Virus record (IMG/VR): IMGVR_UViG_3300032007_000120
Source: a virus
DNA length: 53,316 nt
Reading direction: 5' to 3' (one strand)
Shown: positions 36,797 to 44,346 of the stretch, piece by piece
How positions within the stretch are numbered: position 1 is the first letter of the stretch
Layout: each line of letters opens with the position of its first letter
Notes under the pieces: generated by a model
The model's input: the letters and a program-made list of their open reading frames with translations, nothing else
The model's database searches: none
What the model was told of the DNA's origin: nothing
Position numbers and translations under genes: made by a program

Positions 36797-37372
36797 ATGG
36801 CAACAATAGATCATCTTATTCCTAAGATCATAAAATGGGAGACTTCTGTTACGGGGCAAGGTCTTTCCAACGAGCAGTTGTTTGAGAAAGCGCGCCAGAA
36901 AGGGTACGCGAACCAGAAGTACGACCGCGGTGGAGCAACGATGGTGGGAGTTACGATCGCAACCTTCACAGCCTACAGAAAAAAGAAAGGATTCAAGACT
37001 ACGACCGTCGACGACTTGAAGAAGATGGATTTCAAGACGTGGAGAGATCTCTTGAAGACTATGTTCTGGGACAAGTGGAAGGCGGACGAGATCCGCAACC
37101 AGTCAATGGCGGAACTTGTCGTGGACTGGTACTGGGGTTCTGGAATCTGGGGTGTCAAGAATCCGCAGCAGTGTCTCGGTGTGCCAAACGATGGTATCGT
37201 AGGCGCGCAGACCATTAAAGCGATCAACTCCTGCGACCAGAAGGCTATGTTCACCAAGATCTGGAAAAGACGGAGGAACTTCTACTACTCCATCGTCGCG
37301 CATGACTCGACGCAGAGAATCCACCTTAAAGGGTGGCTCAACAGACTCAATGACCAGAAGTATGAAGCATAG
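36797..37372 (+). CDS. Endolysin (GH108-like lysozyme with a peptidoglycan-binding-like C-terminus)
   Basis: 191 aa. Motifs IIKWE and YDRGGATMVGVT, plus a Trp-rich C-terminal half. Confidence 0.7.
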   Translation: MATIDHLIPKIIKWETSVTGQGLSNEQLFEKARQKGYANQKYDRGGATMVGVTIATFTAYRKKKGFKTTTVDDLKKMDFKTWRDLLKTMFWDKWKADEIRNQSMAELVVDWYWGSGIWGVKNPQQCLGVPNDGIVGAQTIKAINSCDQKAMFTKIWKRRRNFYYSIVAHDSTQRIHLKGWLNRLNDQKYEA

Positions 37373-37907
37373 GACTCTTAATGTTATCACGATCGTCTTT
37401 ATGGCGGTCGTGATTTCCCTGCTCTTGACTGCGTGCAGGTCGTCGAAAGCAGTCGCGGAGAAAACCGTTATCCAGACAGACACCATCTACCAGACGCACG
37501 ATTCCGTCATTGTGAAGGAAAGATCCGTACCAGTCCGCGTGGAGATACCAGTGGAGAAACTTGTCAAGGTGACACCGAAGGACACAACGAGCGTTATCAA
37601 GTCGAGACTCTACAAGTCGACCGCGTGGATCGAGGGCGGACTCCTGCATCACAAACTGGAGACACTGCCAGATGCGACTCTGGAGACAACGGCAAAGGTC
37701 GCGGACACGACTAAGATCTCCAACAACAACCAGACTATCCGAAACAATAACCAGACAACCAAGACGAACACCGTCTACGTGAACAGACTCACTGCTTCAC
37801 AGAAGTTCTTCTGCAGGACTGGAAAGATCCTCTGGGTGGCTGTAATACTTGTGATACTTTATTTTTTGATCACATTTTTTCTTCGGAAGCAAGGAATCTT
37901 GAAATAA
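37362..37907 (+). CDS. Unimolecular spanin candidate (lipoprotein with a C-terminal TM anchor)
   Basis: 181 aa from the ATG at 37362. Lipobox LLLTAC after a signal helix. C-terminal TM ILWVAVILVILYFLITFFL. Overlaps the endolysin 3' end. Confidence 0.6.
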   Translation: MKHRTLNVITIVFMAVVISLLLTACRSSKAVAEKTVIQTDTIYQTHDSVIVKERSVPVRVEIPVEKLVKVTPKDTTSVIKSRLYKSTAWIEGGLLHHKLETLPDATLETTAKVADTTKISNNNQTIRNNNQTTKTNTVYVNRLTASQKFFCRTGKILWVAVILVILYFLITFFLRKQGILK

Positions 37908-37912
37908 ATTAG

Positions 37913-37920
37913 TACTTTTG
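37913..37920 (+). promoter_or_regulatory. Possible -7 box TActTTTG with no ORF downstream
   Basis: Consensus match 6 nt after the spanin stop. The next terminator is at 38156-38186. Confidence 0.35.
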
Positions 37921-38155
37921 CAGTGTGTTATTGCTTTTTGCGGTAGCATATTGCTTAAAACTCCGCGTCGGGAAACTGGCGCGGACAAGCGAAAAATCTT
38001 CATTCTGGTGCAATTTTGTTGCTCGGAATTTTACAAATATACGTAACGTACTGATAATGAAAGAGAAACCAAGCGCGGACGATTATCACGCGGATATAAT
38101 TACCGCCAATTTTCAATAGGTAACTATATATAATATCGAAGTAAAATTCGGTAGG

Positions 38156-38186
38156 AGACCTGCGGAAATGCAGGTCTTTTTCGTTT
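38156..38186 (+). terminator. Rho-independent terminator upstream of int
   Basis: Stem agacctgc / gcaggtct with loop ggaaat, followed by tttttcgttt. Confidence 0.7.
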
Positions 38187-38284
38187 CTGCTAAACTTTGC
38201 TAAATTACTTAATGTTACCTTGCATTTACCGAAATTATGTTGTTATTTTGTTGCGCGTTATAATTCGAACAACAAAACAACAAA

Positions 38285-39436
38285 ATGAGAATCCAGAAAG
38301 ATCCTATCCGTCTTCGCCAGAGATTATGCAAGGACGGAAGCAAGTCGTTATATCTCGACATCTACATGAACGGAGTGAGAAGGTATGAGTATCTGAAACT
38401 TTATCTCATACCAGAGAAGAATGCAAAGGACAAGCAGAAGAACCGCGAGACGCTGCGTCTGGCGGAAGCGGTAAGAGCGCGCAAGATCGTGGAACTCCAG
38501 AACGGAAGGTTCGGCTTCTCTGGAGCGCAGGATCGTCTGAACACACCTTTCCTTCCATACTTCCAGAAGATAGTCGAGCGCAAGAAACTAAGCGGAACGA
38601 TGATGTTTCACAACTACGAAGCCTGCCTAAATCATCTCAAGAAGTACTGCAGGGAGTCTACGACATTCAGAGAAATCGACGATAAGTTCTGCGAGGGTTT
38701 CGTGGAATACCTGCAGACCAGAGCGCGGAAACTGAACACGAAAGCGGACAAACCTATCTCAAGGAATGCGCAGCACCTATACTGGACGAAGTTCAAATCA
38801 GTAATGATCCAAGCAAAGAAGGACGGAATAATCCAGAACAATCCGACCGAACGCGTTGAAGGTATCAGTGCGGAGGAATCGGAGAGAACCTATCTGACGA
38901 TCGAGGAACTGCGGAAGATGGCAAAGACGGAATGTGAATATCCAGACGTGAAACGAGCATTTCTTTTCTCCTGCCTAACTGGACTCCGCAAGTCCGACGT
39001 TCTGGCTCTGACGTGGGGAGAACTCTCTAAGATCGACGGAATGTGGAGAATCACGTTCCGCCAGATCAAGACGAACGGAATGCAGTATCTGGACATATCA
39101 GACGAAGCCAGATCCTATCTTGGAGAGCAGGGAGACGCAGCAGGCACAGACAAGATCTTCGACTGGTACTACTCCGACAAAACAAATATGGCTCTTCGTG
39201 AATGGGCGCAGCGCAGCGGAGTGGACAAGCATATCTCCTATCACTCGTCCAGACACACCTTCGCACTCCTGCTCCTAAACAACTCGACGGACATCTATAC
39301 GGTATCGCGTCTCATGGGACACACGTCGGTAAGGACGACGCAGATCTATTCTCATATTCTGGACTCAAAGAAGCAGGCTGCAATCAGATCACTGCCAAAG
39401 ATCAACCTGCCAGACGAAGAAAATAATAAAAAATAA
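38285..39436 (+). CDS. int: Tyrosine-type site-specific integrase
   Basis: 383 aa. Catalytic residues in LTGLRKSDV, HSSRHTFA and GHTSVRTTQIYSH. N-terminal arm/SAM-like region typical of Bacteroidota integrases. Confidence 0.9.
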   Translation: MRIQKDPIRLRQRLCKDGSKSLYLDIYMNGVRRYEYLKLYLIPEKNAKDKQKNRETLRLAEAVRARKIVELQNGRFGFSGAQDRLNTPFLPYFQKIVERKKLSGTMMFHNYEACLNHLKKYCRESTTFREIDDKFCEGFVEYLQTRARKLNTKADKPISRNAQHLYWTKFKSVMIQAKKDGIIQNNPTERVEGISAEESERTYLTIEELRKMAKTECEYPDVKRAFLFSCLTGLRKSDVLALTWGELSKIDGMWRITFRQIKTNGMQYLDISDEARSYLGEQGDAAGTDKIFDWYYSDKTNMALREWAQRSGVDKHISYHSSRHTFALLLLNNSTDIYTVSRLMGHTSVRTTQIYSHILDSKKQAAIRSLPKINLPDEENNKK

Positions 39437-39438
39437 CA

Positions 39439-39453
39439 GTGCTTATTAGGCAC
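39439..39453. promoter_or_regulatory. GTGCTTATTAGGCAC palindromic motif, copy 3 of 3
   Basis: Identical to copy 1. Lies 16 nt upstream of the -7 box TAtaTTTG at 39470-39477. Confidence 0.5.
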
Positions 39454-39469
39454 TATTAGAAAAAAGTTA

Positions 39470-39617
39470 TATATTTGCATTGTTTTTCATACGACACGAA
39501 TTATAACGAGCTAATCATTTATGCTAAGGTTTCAATGGGTCAGCGGATCACTCAAATATCTTTATAATTAATCATAAGCGAAAGAGCGTTATGTTGCGAA
39601 AACATGACGCTCTTTTT
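39470..39617 (+). ncRNA. Candidate small RNA: promoter box to terminator with no credible ORF
   Basis: -7 box at 39470-39477 and a terminator hairpin at 39581-39615 followed by a T-run. The only ORF in between is 16 codons. Confidence 0.3.
39581..39617. terminator. Bidirectional terminator between int and the leftward lysogeny operon
   Basis: Stem aaagagcgttatgtt / aacatgacgctcttt, followed by ttt. Confidence 0.65.
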
Positions 39618-39619
39618 GT

Positions 39620-39892
39620 CTATCCGCGGAACATCGTTCCAGATCCAGTCAATAGATAGTCTGGTGACGCTCCGTATTTACGCACCAAGGTAGTCAGCCA
39701 GTGAGACTCGAAATAACCGCGATAAGGATCTTTTCTCTGCGCGTAGAGGTGTCTCTTGTCTATGTCGTTATCAGCACAGAATCCAGACATGGATACTTTC
39801 TTATCCTTGACAAGAGAGTCCAGACAAAGGAAGAATCTGGACATCACGTCGAGGGTGTCTTGATGATAATTCCTGCGTCTGCTCATAGTCAT
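39620..39892 (-). CDS. HTH transcriptional regulator (Bacteroidales CI-type HTH)
   Basis: 90 aa. C-terminal YLLTGSGTMF motif. Confidence 0.6.
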   Translation of the reverse strand: MTMSRRRNYHQDTLDVMSRFFLCLDSLVKDKKVSMSGFCADNDIDKRHLYAQRKDPYRGYFESHWLTTLVRKYGASPDYLLTGSGTMFRG

Positions 39893-40032
39893 TCCATATT
39901 AGTCAGAAGATCCAAAACGTCGTTTCTGGCGGACTCCAGACGATCCGTCGGTAAGTTGTTCACCACCGCTCTGTCAAGCGCAAGAGAGAGCGAAAGGTAG
40001 GCTCTGGAGACATAATCCTTAATACTTTCCAT
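39889..40032 (-). CDS. Small hypothetical protein (47 aa)
   Basis: ATG at 40032. Its stop overlaps the next start (ATGA). Below the ORF-track cutoff. Confidence 0.35.
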   Translation of the reverse strand: MESIKDYVSRAYLSLSLALDRAVVNNLPTDRLESARNDVLDLLTNME

Positions 40033-40034
40033 AG

Positions 40035-40376
40035 TTACACATCTTTAGTTTTTACATCTTTCCGAATTTCCGAATCGTCATTGACATCTTTCGTCATGAC
40101 GCAGACGAGGTGTCCAGTGTTAGCGACCAGAACGTAGGTTTCGACGACCTTCCAGTCTCTCGCAGCCATATAGTTGACAACTTCCATCACAGAGTTGAAG
40201 ACTTTCTTCTCTCCTTTCTCGTCGAGAATGTAGCCTTCCTTTGAACCGTCACCGAAGTCTACGGTGGCAATGAACTTTCCAGACTTCTCGGTGACACAAA
40301 TCTGGCTGTAGACGGTCTTCGCATTCATGCAGACAGCCAGAAGAACAGCACTCATTAATAATAATAGTCTCTTCAT
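40035..40376 (-). CDS. Lipoprotein co-transcribed with the repressor (superinfection-exclusion candidate)
   Basis: 113 aa from the ATG at 40376. Signal peptide and lipobox MKRLLLLMSAVLLAVC. Confidence 0.6.
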   Translation of the reverse strand: MKRLLLLMSAVLLAVCMNAKTVYSQICVTEKSGKFIATVDFGDGSKEGYILDEKGEKKVFNSVMEVVNYMAARDWKVVETYVLVANTGHLVCVMTKDVNDDSEIRKDVKTKDV

Positions 40377-40398
40377 AGTCTTATAGTTGAATTTTGAC
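40369..40398. repeat. 30-bp direct repeat copy A (ctcttcatagtcttatagttgaattttgac)
   Basis: Identical to 40433-40462 at an offset of 64 bp. Confidence 0.9.
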
Positions 40399-40402
40399 TC
40401 TT

Positions 40403-40430
40403 GGACATTTTGGGACATTTTCGGACACTG
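40403..40430. repeat. Three GGACA(T/C) repeats with an exact 10-bp period
   Basis: GGACATTTTG, GGACATTTTC and GGACACTGCC start at 40403, 40413 and 40423. Confidence 0.8.
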
Positions 40431-40432
40431 CC

Positions 40433-40462
40433 CTCTTCATAGTCTTATAGTTGAATTTTGAC
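40433..40462. repeat. 30-bp direct repeat copy B
   Basis: Covers the last codons and stop of the repressor gene and includes a copy of the lipoprotein start region. Confidence 0.9.
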
Positions 40463-41110
40463 GGATAGTATATTCTCAACGATGAACAACTTGCGGATCT
40501 TGTCTTTCCGCATAGTTATGTCGTCGTAGTTTGGGTTCGCGGAGCGTAGCAGGAAGTAATGATCTTCGTCCTGCTCATACTTGCGAACGTACTTAATCAT
40601 ACGATACTCACTTGTCACAACGACGTAGATCTGTCCGTAGAAAACGTCGTCAAAGTCATAGACCTCTCGGATAGCGATCCAGTTACCATCGCAGATGGTC
40701 GGGATCATGGAATCTCCGTTGGCGCGAATGATCTTGCAGTCACGCGAGATGTTCGGAAGATCTATCGAACCGATCACAATATCATCAGTGAAGTCAATGT
40801 CGCGCGGATTCTTTCCGCACGTCGCGTCAACGTCATAGACGAGTATTCCGTTGCGGTTCGGCTGCACCTGCACGACTTGCGGAGGGTCGTTCGTGGAGTT
40901 CAAGATCATTTCTCCTTCACCGTAAAGCAGCCAGTCGCGGTTAAGGTCTGGAAACGCGGTCAGAACATTGTTCAGTTTCTCGCGACCGAATCCTTTTCTC
41001 ATTGAGGTGACGTAACCAGTTGACAATCCGCACATTGATTCAAAGTCCTTCATTTTAAGTCCCTTGTATTCAATGAAATCTTTCACTCTATCTTTAATCG
41101 TCTTTTCCAT
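40445..41110 (-). CDS. CI/LexA-like repressor (N-terminal HTH plus C-terminal S24 peptidase)
   Basis: 221 aa. HTH with DWLLYGEGEM. S24 motifs: ANGDSMIPTI (Ser nucleophile) and MIKYVRK (Lys). Confidence 0.85.
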   Translation of the reverse strand: MEKTIKDRVKDFIEYKGLKMKDFESMCGLSTGYVTSMRKGFGREKLNNVLTAFPDLNRDWLLYGEGEMILNSTNDPPQVVQVQPNRNGILVYDVDATCGKNPRDIDFTDDIVIGSIDLPNISRDCKIIRANGDSMIPTICDGNWIAIREVYDFDDVFYGQIYVVVTSEYRMIKYVRKYEQDEDHYFLLRSANPNYDDITMRKDKIRKLFIVENILSVKIQL

Positions 41111-41182
41111 ATCGAATATATAATTAATGTTAAAATCAGAACATTTACCAGAGCAATGTTTTGAAGTTTCAGAACTTTGTTA

Positions 41183-41190
41183 TAAATTTG
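41183..41190 (+). promoter_or_regulatory. Rightward early promoter -7 box TAaaTTTG
   Basis: Consensus match, with TTTG 19 nt upstream (41160-41163). Confidence 0.5.
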
Positions 41191-41213
41191 CACACAGAAT
41201 TACAAACGACATT

Positions 41214-41221
41214 GCAAATAT
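41214..41221 (-). promoter_or_regulatory. Leftward repressor promoter -7 box TAtaTTTG (minus strand)
   Basis: The reverse complement of caaatata matches the consensus. It lies to the right of the rightward box, so the two 5' leaders would overlap. Confidence 0.4.
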
Positions 41222-41236
41222 AATAAATTTCAGCAA

Positions 41237-41443
41237 ATGGAACAAGTAAAAATCATCAAATCTCCAAACATTTCCGAAACTCTTCGGAATATGGCAGTCG
41301 GTGTGAAGATGATCGCTCTCAAAACCAAGTTGTCTATGTCAGCAGTCCGCAGCACTGCGAGCAGGCTAAAAGACGAAGGACTGGTGTTCACGATCGAGGA
41401 CGAACCTCTGACGAATAAGTTCTACGTCACACGACTCCAATAA
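41237..41443 (+). CDS. First early-operon protein (Cro/antirepressor position)
   Basis: 68 aa, divergent from the repressor gene. No motif recognised. Confidence 0.45.
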   Translation: MEQVKIIKSPNISETLRNMAVGVKMIALKTKLSMSAVRSTASRLKDEGLVFTIEDEPLTNKFYVTRLQ

Positions 41444-41467
41444 TCAATCCTCTAAACTTTAAGCAAT

Positions 41468-41641
41468 ATGACCAACGAAAGAACAATAACAATCATTTTC
41501 ATTATCGTCTGCACGATATTAGGAGCAGCGTCAGTAATGGCAGGTGTCTGGACTCTCAAGGTTCACGCAGTACTTATCGGATTCGCTTTCCTATGGTTCG
41601 CGCGAGTTTTCCATCAAGAATTGAAAGATGAACGAAATTAA
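41468..41641 (+). CDS. Small two-TM membrane protein (57 aa)
   Basis: MTNERTITIIFIIVCTILGAASVMAGVW...IGFAFLWFARVF. Below the ORF-track cutoff. Confidence 0.4.
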   Translation: MTNERTITIIFIIVCTILGAASVMAGVWTLKVHAVLIGFAFLWFARVFHQELKDERN

Positions 41642-41891
41642 CGAGACTCTGAGACGTATCGAGAAGTTCGTTCTCCTGCAGGCTAAGGAAGCATTAAGCG
41701 TAGATGATCTGATCCTTCTGACTGGATTCAAGAGACAAACCATCTACAATCTGGTCAGTCAGAAGAAGATCCCATGCTACAAGAGTCATGGACTTCACTT
41801 CAAGAAGTCGGAGATCAACGAATGGCTACTCTCGGACAAACAGAAGACGGACGAAGAAATCAATCAACAAGCATTATTAACAACGTTATAA
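41628..41891 (+). CDS. Excisionase/MerR-type HTH protein
   Basis: 87 aa. HTH_17-like segment LSVDDLILLTGFKRQTIYNLVSQKKIPCYK...FKKSEINEWL. Confidence 0.6.
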   Translation: MNEINETLRRIEKFVLLQAKEALSVDDLILLTGFKRQTIYNLVSQKKIPCYKSHGLHFKKSEINEWLLSDKQKTDEEINQQALLTTL

Positions 41892-41901
41892 TTCGCTAAC
41901 T

Positions 41902-43863
41902 ATGGACATAACCATCAAGAAAATCTCTCTTGTAAACTTCAAGGGAGTGAGAAATTTCTCCGCGGACTTCGACGCAAAGGAGACTACGTTCCGCGGTGAC
42001 AACGCAACTGGCAAGACTACGCTCTTCGACGCTTTCACGTGGTGTCTCTATGACAAGGACTCCGCAGGTCGCAGCAACTTCCAAGTGAAGACTCTGGACG
42101 AGCATAACGAGGTGATCTGGAAGCAACCTCACGAAGTGACCGTAGTACTGGACGTAGACGGAGAGGAAGTCACGATCCGCAAGTCTCTCAAGGAAGTCTG
42201 GACTAAGAAGCGCGGTAAGATGGAAGCAGAGTTCACTGGTCACACCGTAGAGCGTTTCTGGAATGACGTACCAGTCAAGGAGAAGGAGTTCAACGAGAAG
42301 ATCAACGAGATCTGCAAGGAAGAAACTTTCCGTCTTATCACGAATCCTATGTACTTCTTGAACAATCTGTCAGTGAAGGATCAGCGCGAGTTCTTGATCA
42401 GACTCGCAGGAGAGATCACTCCAGAGGACATCGCAGCCAAACACGCAGAGTTTCAGAAACTCGTCGAGGATATGTCTGGCAAGACTGCAGACGAGTACGC
42501 TCGCGAGATAGGCGCGAAGATCAAGCGTATCAAGGCGGAGTCAGAGACACTTCCTGCACGTATCGACGAGCGCAAGCGCGATACTCCAGACTCCTACGAC
42601 TGGGACGCTATCAAGTCGGAGATCAACGACAAGCAGGCAGAACTTGACAATCTGGACAAGTCTCTCCAGTCTATGGTCGACGCTTACAACACTGCCAACA
42701 AAGAGCAGCGCGCAAGACTCCAGAAGAAGTCTGATCTGGAGATGAAACTGCAGCAGAAGCGCAACGAGTTGAAGAACGAACTGACGAAGTCTTACTATGA
42801 GAACAAGAGCAAGCAGGCGCAGTTGAAGCAGCAGATCGACACCTGCGAGCGCGACATCAAGTATTACAACGACCAGAAGGAATCCTTCATGGACGACGAC
42901 AAGGAGTTGTCCCAACAGCGCGAGTCTCTGGTCGCAGAATGGCGCGAGATCAAGGCTCGCAACTTCGACCGCGACTCCATCAACCGCGACGAGTTCGTCT
43001 GTCCTACCTGCCATCGCAAACTCGAAGAGTCCAACATCGACGAGCAGATCGACAAGATGGAAGGAAACTACAACGCGGAGACATCGCGTCTACTGGACGA
43101 GAACAAGAAGAAAGGACTCTCCGTCAAGGCTAAACGCGCGACGATCATACAGAACATCGCAGACATCGAAGAGAAGGTGAAGGAAATCTCTGGGAAACTG
43201 GAGACTCTGCGGAAAGATCCGTACTGCGACGCGGTTTTTGACGAGCCAGACACTTCTCATATCGACGACAACATCGACGTGAAAAATATTCAGAAAGAGA
43301 TCGAGACTGCGGACAACGAGATCAGAACGCATATTGTCGCAGAACCTTCTACTGGAGAAATCAAGACCAAGCGCGCACAACTCCAGAACGAGATCAACGA
43401 ACTCAACGTCCGTCTGGGCAACAAGGCGATCATAGAGCGCAACAACGCGCGTATCGAGGAACTGGAGAACCAGTACAAAGAGCAGGTGGAGCAGATCACC
43501 GAACTGGAAGGAATACAATATCAGATAGACCAGTACAAGCATACCGTCATAGACGAGGTGGAGTCCAAGATCAACGGAATGTTCTCTTTCGTCCGCTTCA
43601 AGATGTATGAGCAGCAGATAAACGGTGGAGAACGAGAGACCTGCGAGGCTCTGGTCAACGGTGTACCATACTCGACGAACGTCAACACTGCAGCACGCGT
43701 GAACGCAGGTATCGACATCATCAACGCTATCTGCAGGAAGGAGAACGTACACGCTCCTATCTTCATCGACAACAGAGAGTCAGTGACGAACGTCATCGAC
43801 ACCGACTCGCAGATCGTGAATCTGGTGAAGGACGAGAACTACACGTATCTCACAAGAATGTAG
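41902..43863 (+). CDS. Rad50/SbcC-like AAA ATPase with a coiled coil and a CxxC zinc hook
   Basis: 653 aa. Walker A: RGDNATGKTTLFDAF. Long coiled coil. FVCPTCHRKL at mid-length. Walker B/D-loop: APIFIDNRESV. Confidence 0.75.
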   Translation: MDITIKKISLVNFKGVRNFSADFDAKETTFRGDNATGKTTLFDAFTWCLYDKDSAGRSNFQVKTLDEHNEVIWKQPHEVTVVLDVDGEEVTIRKSLKEVWTKKRGKMEAEFTGHTVERFWNDVPVKEKEFNEKINEICKEETFRLITNPMYFLNNLSVKDQREFLIRLAGEITPEDIAAKHAEFQKLVEDMSGKTADEYAREIGAKIKRIKAESETLPARIDERKRDTPDSYDWDAIKSEINDKQAELDNLDKSLQSMVDAYNTANKEQRARLQKKSDLEMKLQQKRNELKNELTKSYYENKSKQAQLKQQIDTCERDIKYYNDQKESFMDDDKELSQQRESLVAEWREIKARNFDRDSINRDEFVCPTCHRKLEESNIDEQIDKMEGNYNAETSRLLDENKKKGLSVKAKRATIIQNIADIEEKVKEISGKLETLRKDPYCDAVFDEPDTSHIDDNIDVKNIQKEIETADNEIRTHIVAEPSTGEIKTKRAQLQNEINELNVRLGNKAIIERNNARIEELENQYKEQVEQITELEGIQYQIDQYKHTVIDEVESKINGMFSFVRFKMYEQQINGGERETCEALVNGVPYSTNVNTAARVNAGIDIINAICRKENVHAPIFIDNRESVTNVIDTDSQIVNLVKDENYTYLTRM

Positions 43864-43867
43864 GCTT

Positions 43868-44341
43868 ATGGAGCAGATCAGAGAATTGTCGCTTTTCGAC
43901 TTGATGCAGCAGCCAAAGACGGAAGTAAAACACCGTAGGAAGCACCACCGCATCAGTCGGAAGCGCAGCGAGAACGTCAAGGCTTTCAGATCGTTTCTCA
44001 TTGCCTACAAGATGGATATGGACAAGGGAATCAAGGTCAATGTCAAGAAACTGCAGAACCAGTTTCACGTCGGACACTTTCCAAAATCCTACATACCAGT
44101 CGCGAAACTCCGCGAGAGCAGTCTGGAGGACATCAACGATGGTTTCGCGAAGATCTGCTACAAGGAGATTCAGAAGTACAACCAAATGAGAGACTCGACC
44201 AAGACGAGCAAATCTATGAGTACAACGACAACAAGCAATAACGTGAAGGTCAGCAGCGAGACTGCGGTGCAGTTAATCGACTCCGCAATATCATCGCTGC
44301 AGGATCTCAAGAAAAGATTAACTGAATTAATTAACGCATAA
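43868..44341 (+). CDS. Hypothetical basic protein (157 aa)
   Basis: ORF between the ATPase and RecT. Confidence 0.5.
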   Translation: MEQIRELSLFDLMQQPKTEVKHRRKHHRISRKRSENVKAFRSFLIAYKMDMDKGIKVNVKKLQNQFHVGHFPKSYIPVAKLRESSLEDINDGFAKICYKEIQKYNQMRDSTKTSKSMSTTTTSNNVKVSSETAVQLIDSAISSLQDLKKRLTELINA

Positions 44342-44346
44342 TTATT

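Noticed and set aside
37925-38119. 64-aa ORF in the gap upstream of int.
   Set aside because: It has a GTG start and low-complexity, poor composition. It sits between an orphan promoter box and a terminator, so it was treated as non-coding (candidate sRNA/attP).
40377-40418. N-terminal extension (MSQNVQESKFNYKT) of the lipoprotein ORF.
   Set aside because: It is encoded by the duplicated junction and GGACA repeat DNA. The ATG at 40376 gives a textbook signal peptide and lipobox at the proper distance from the N-terminus.
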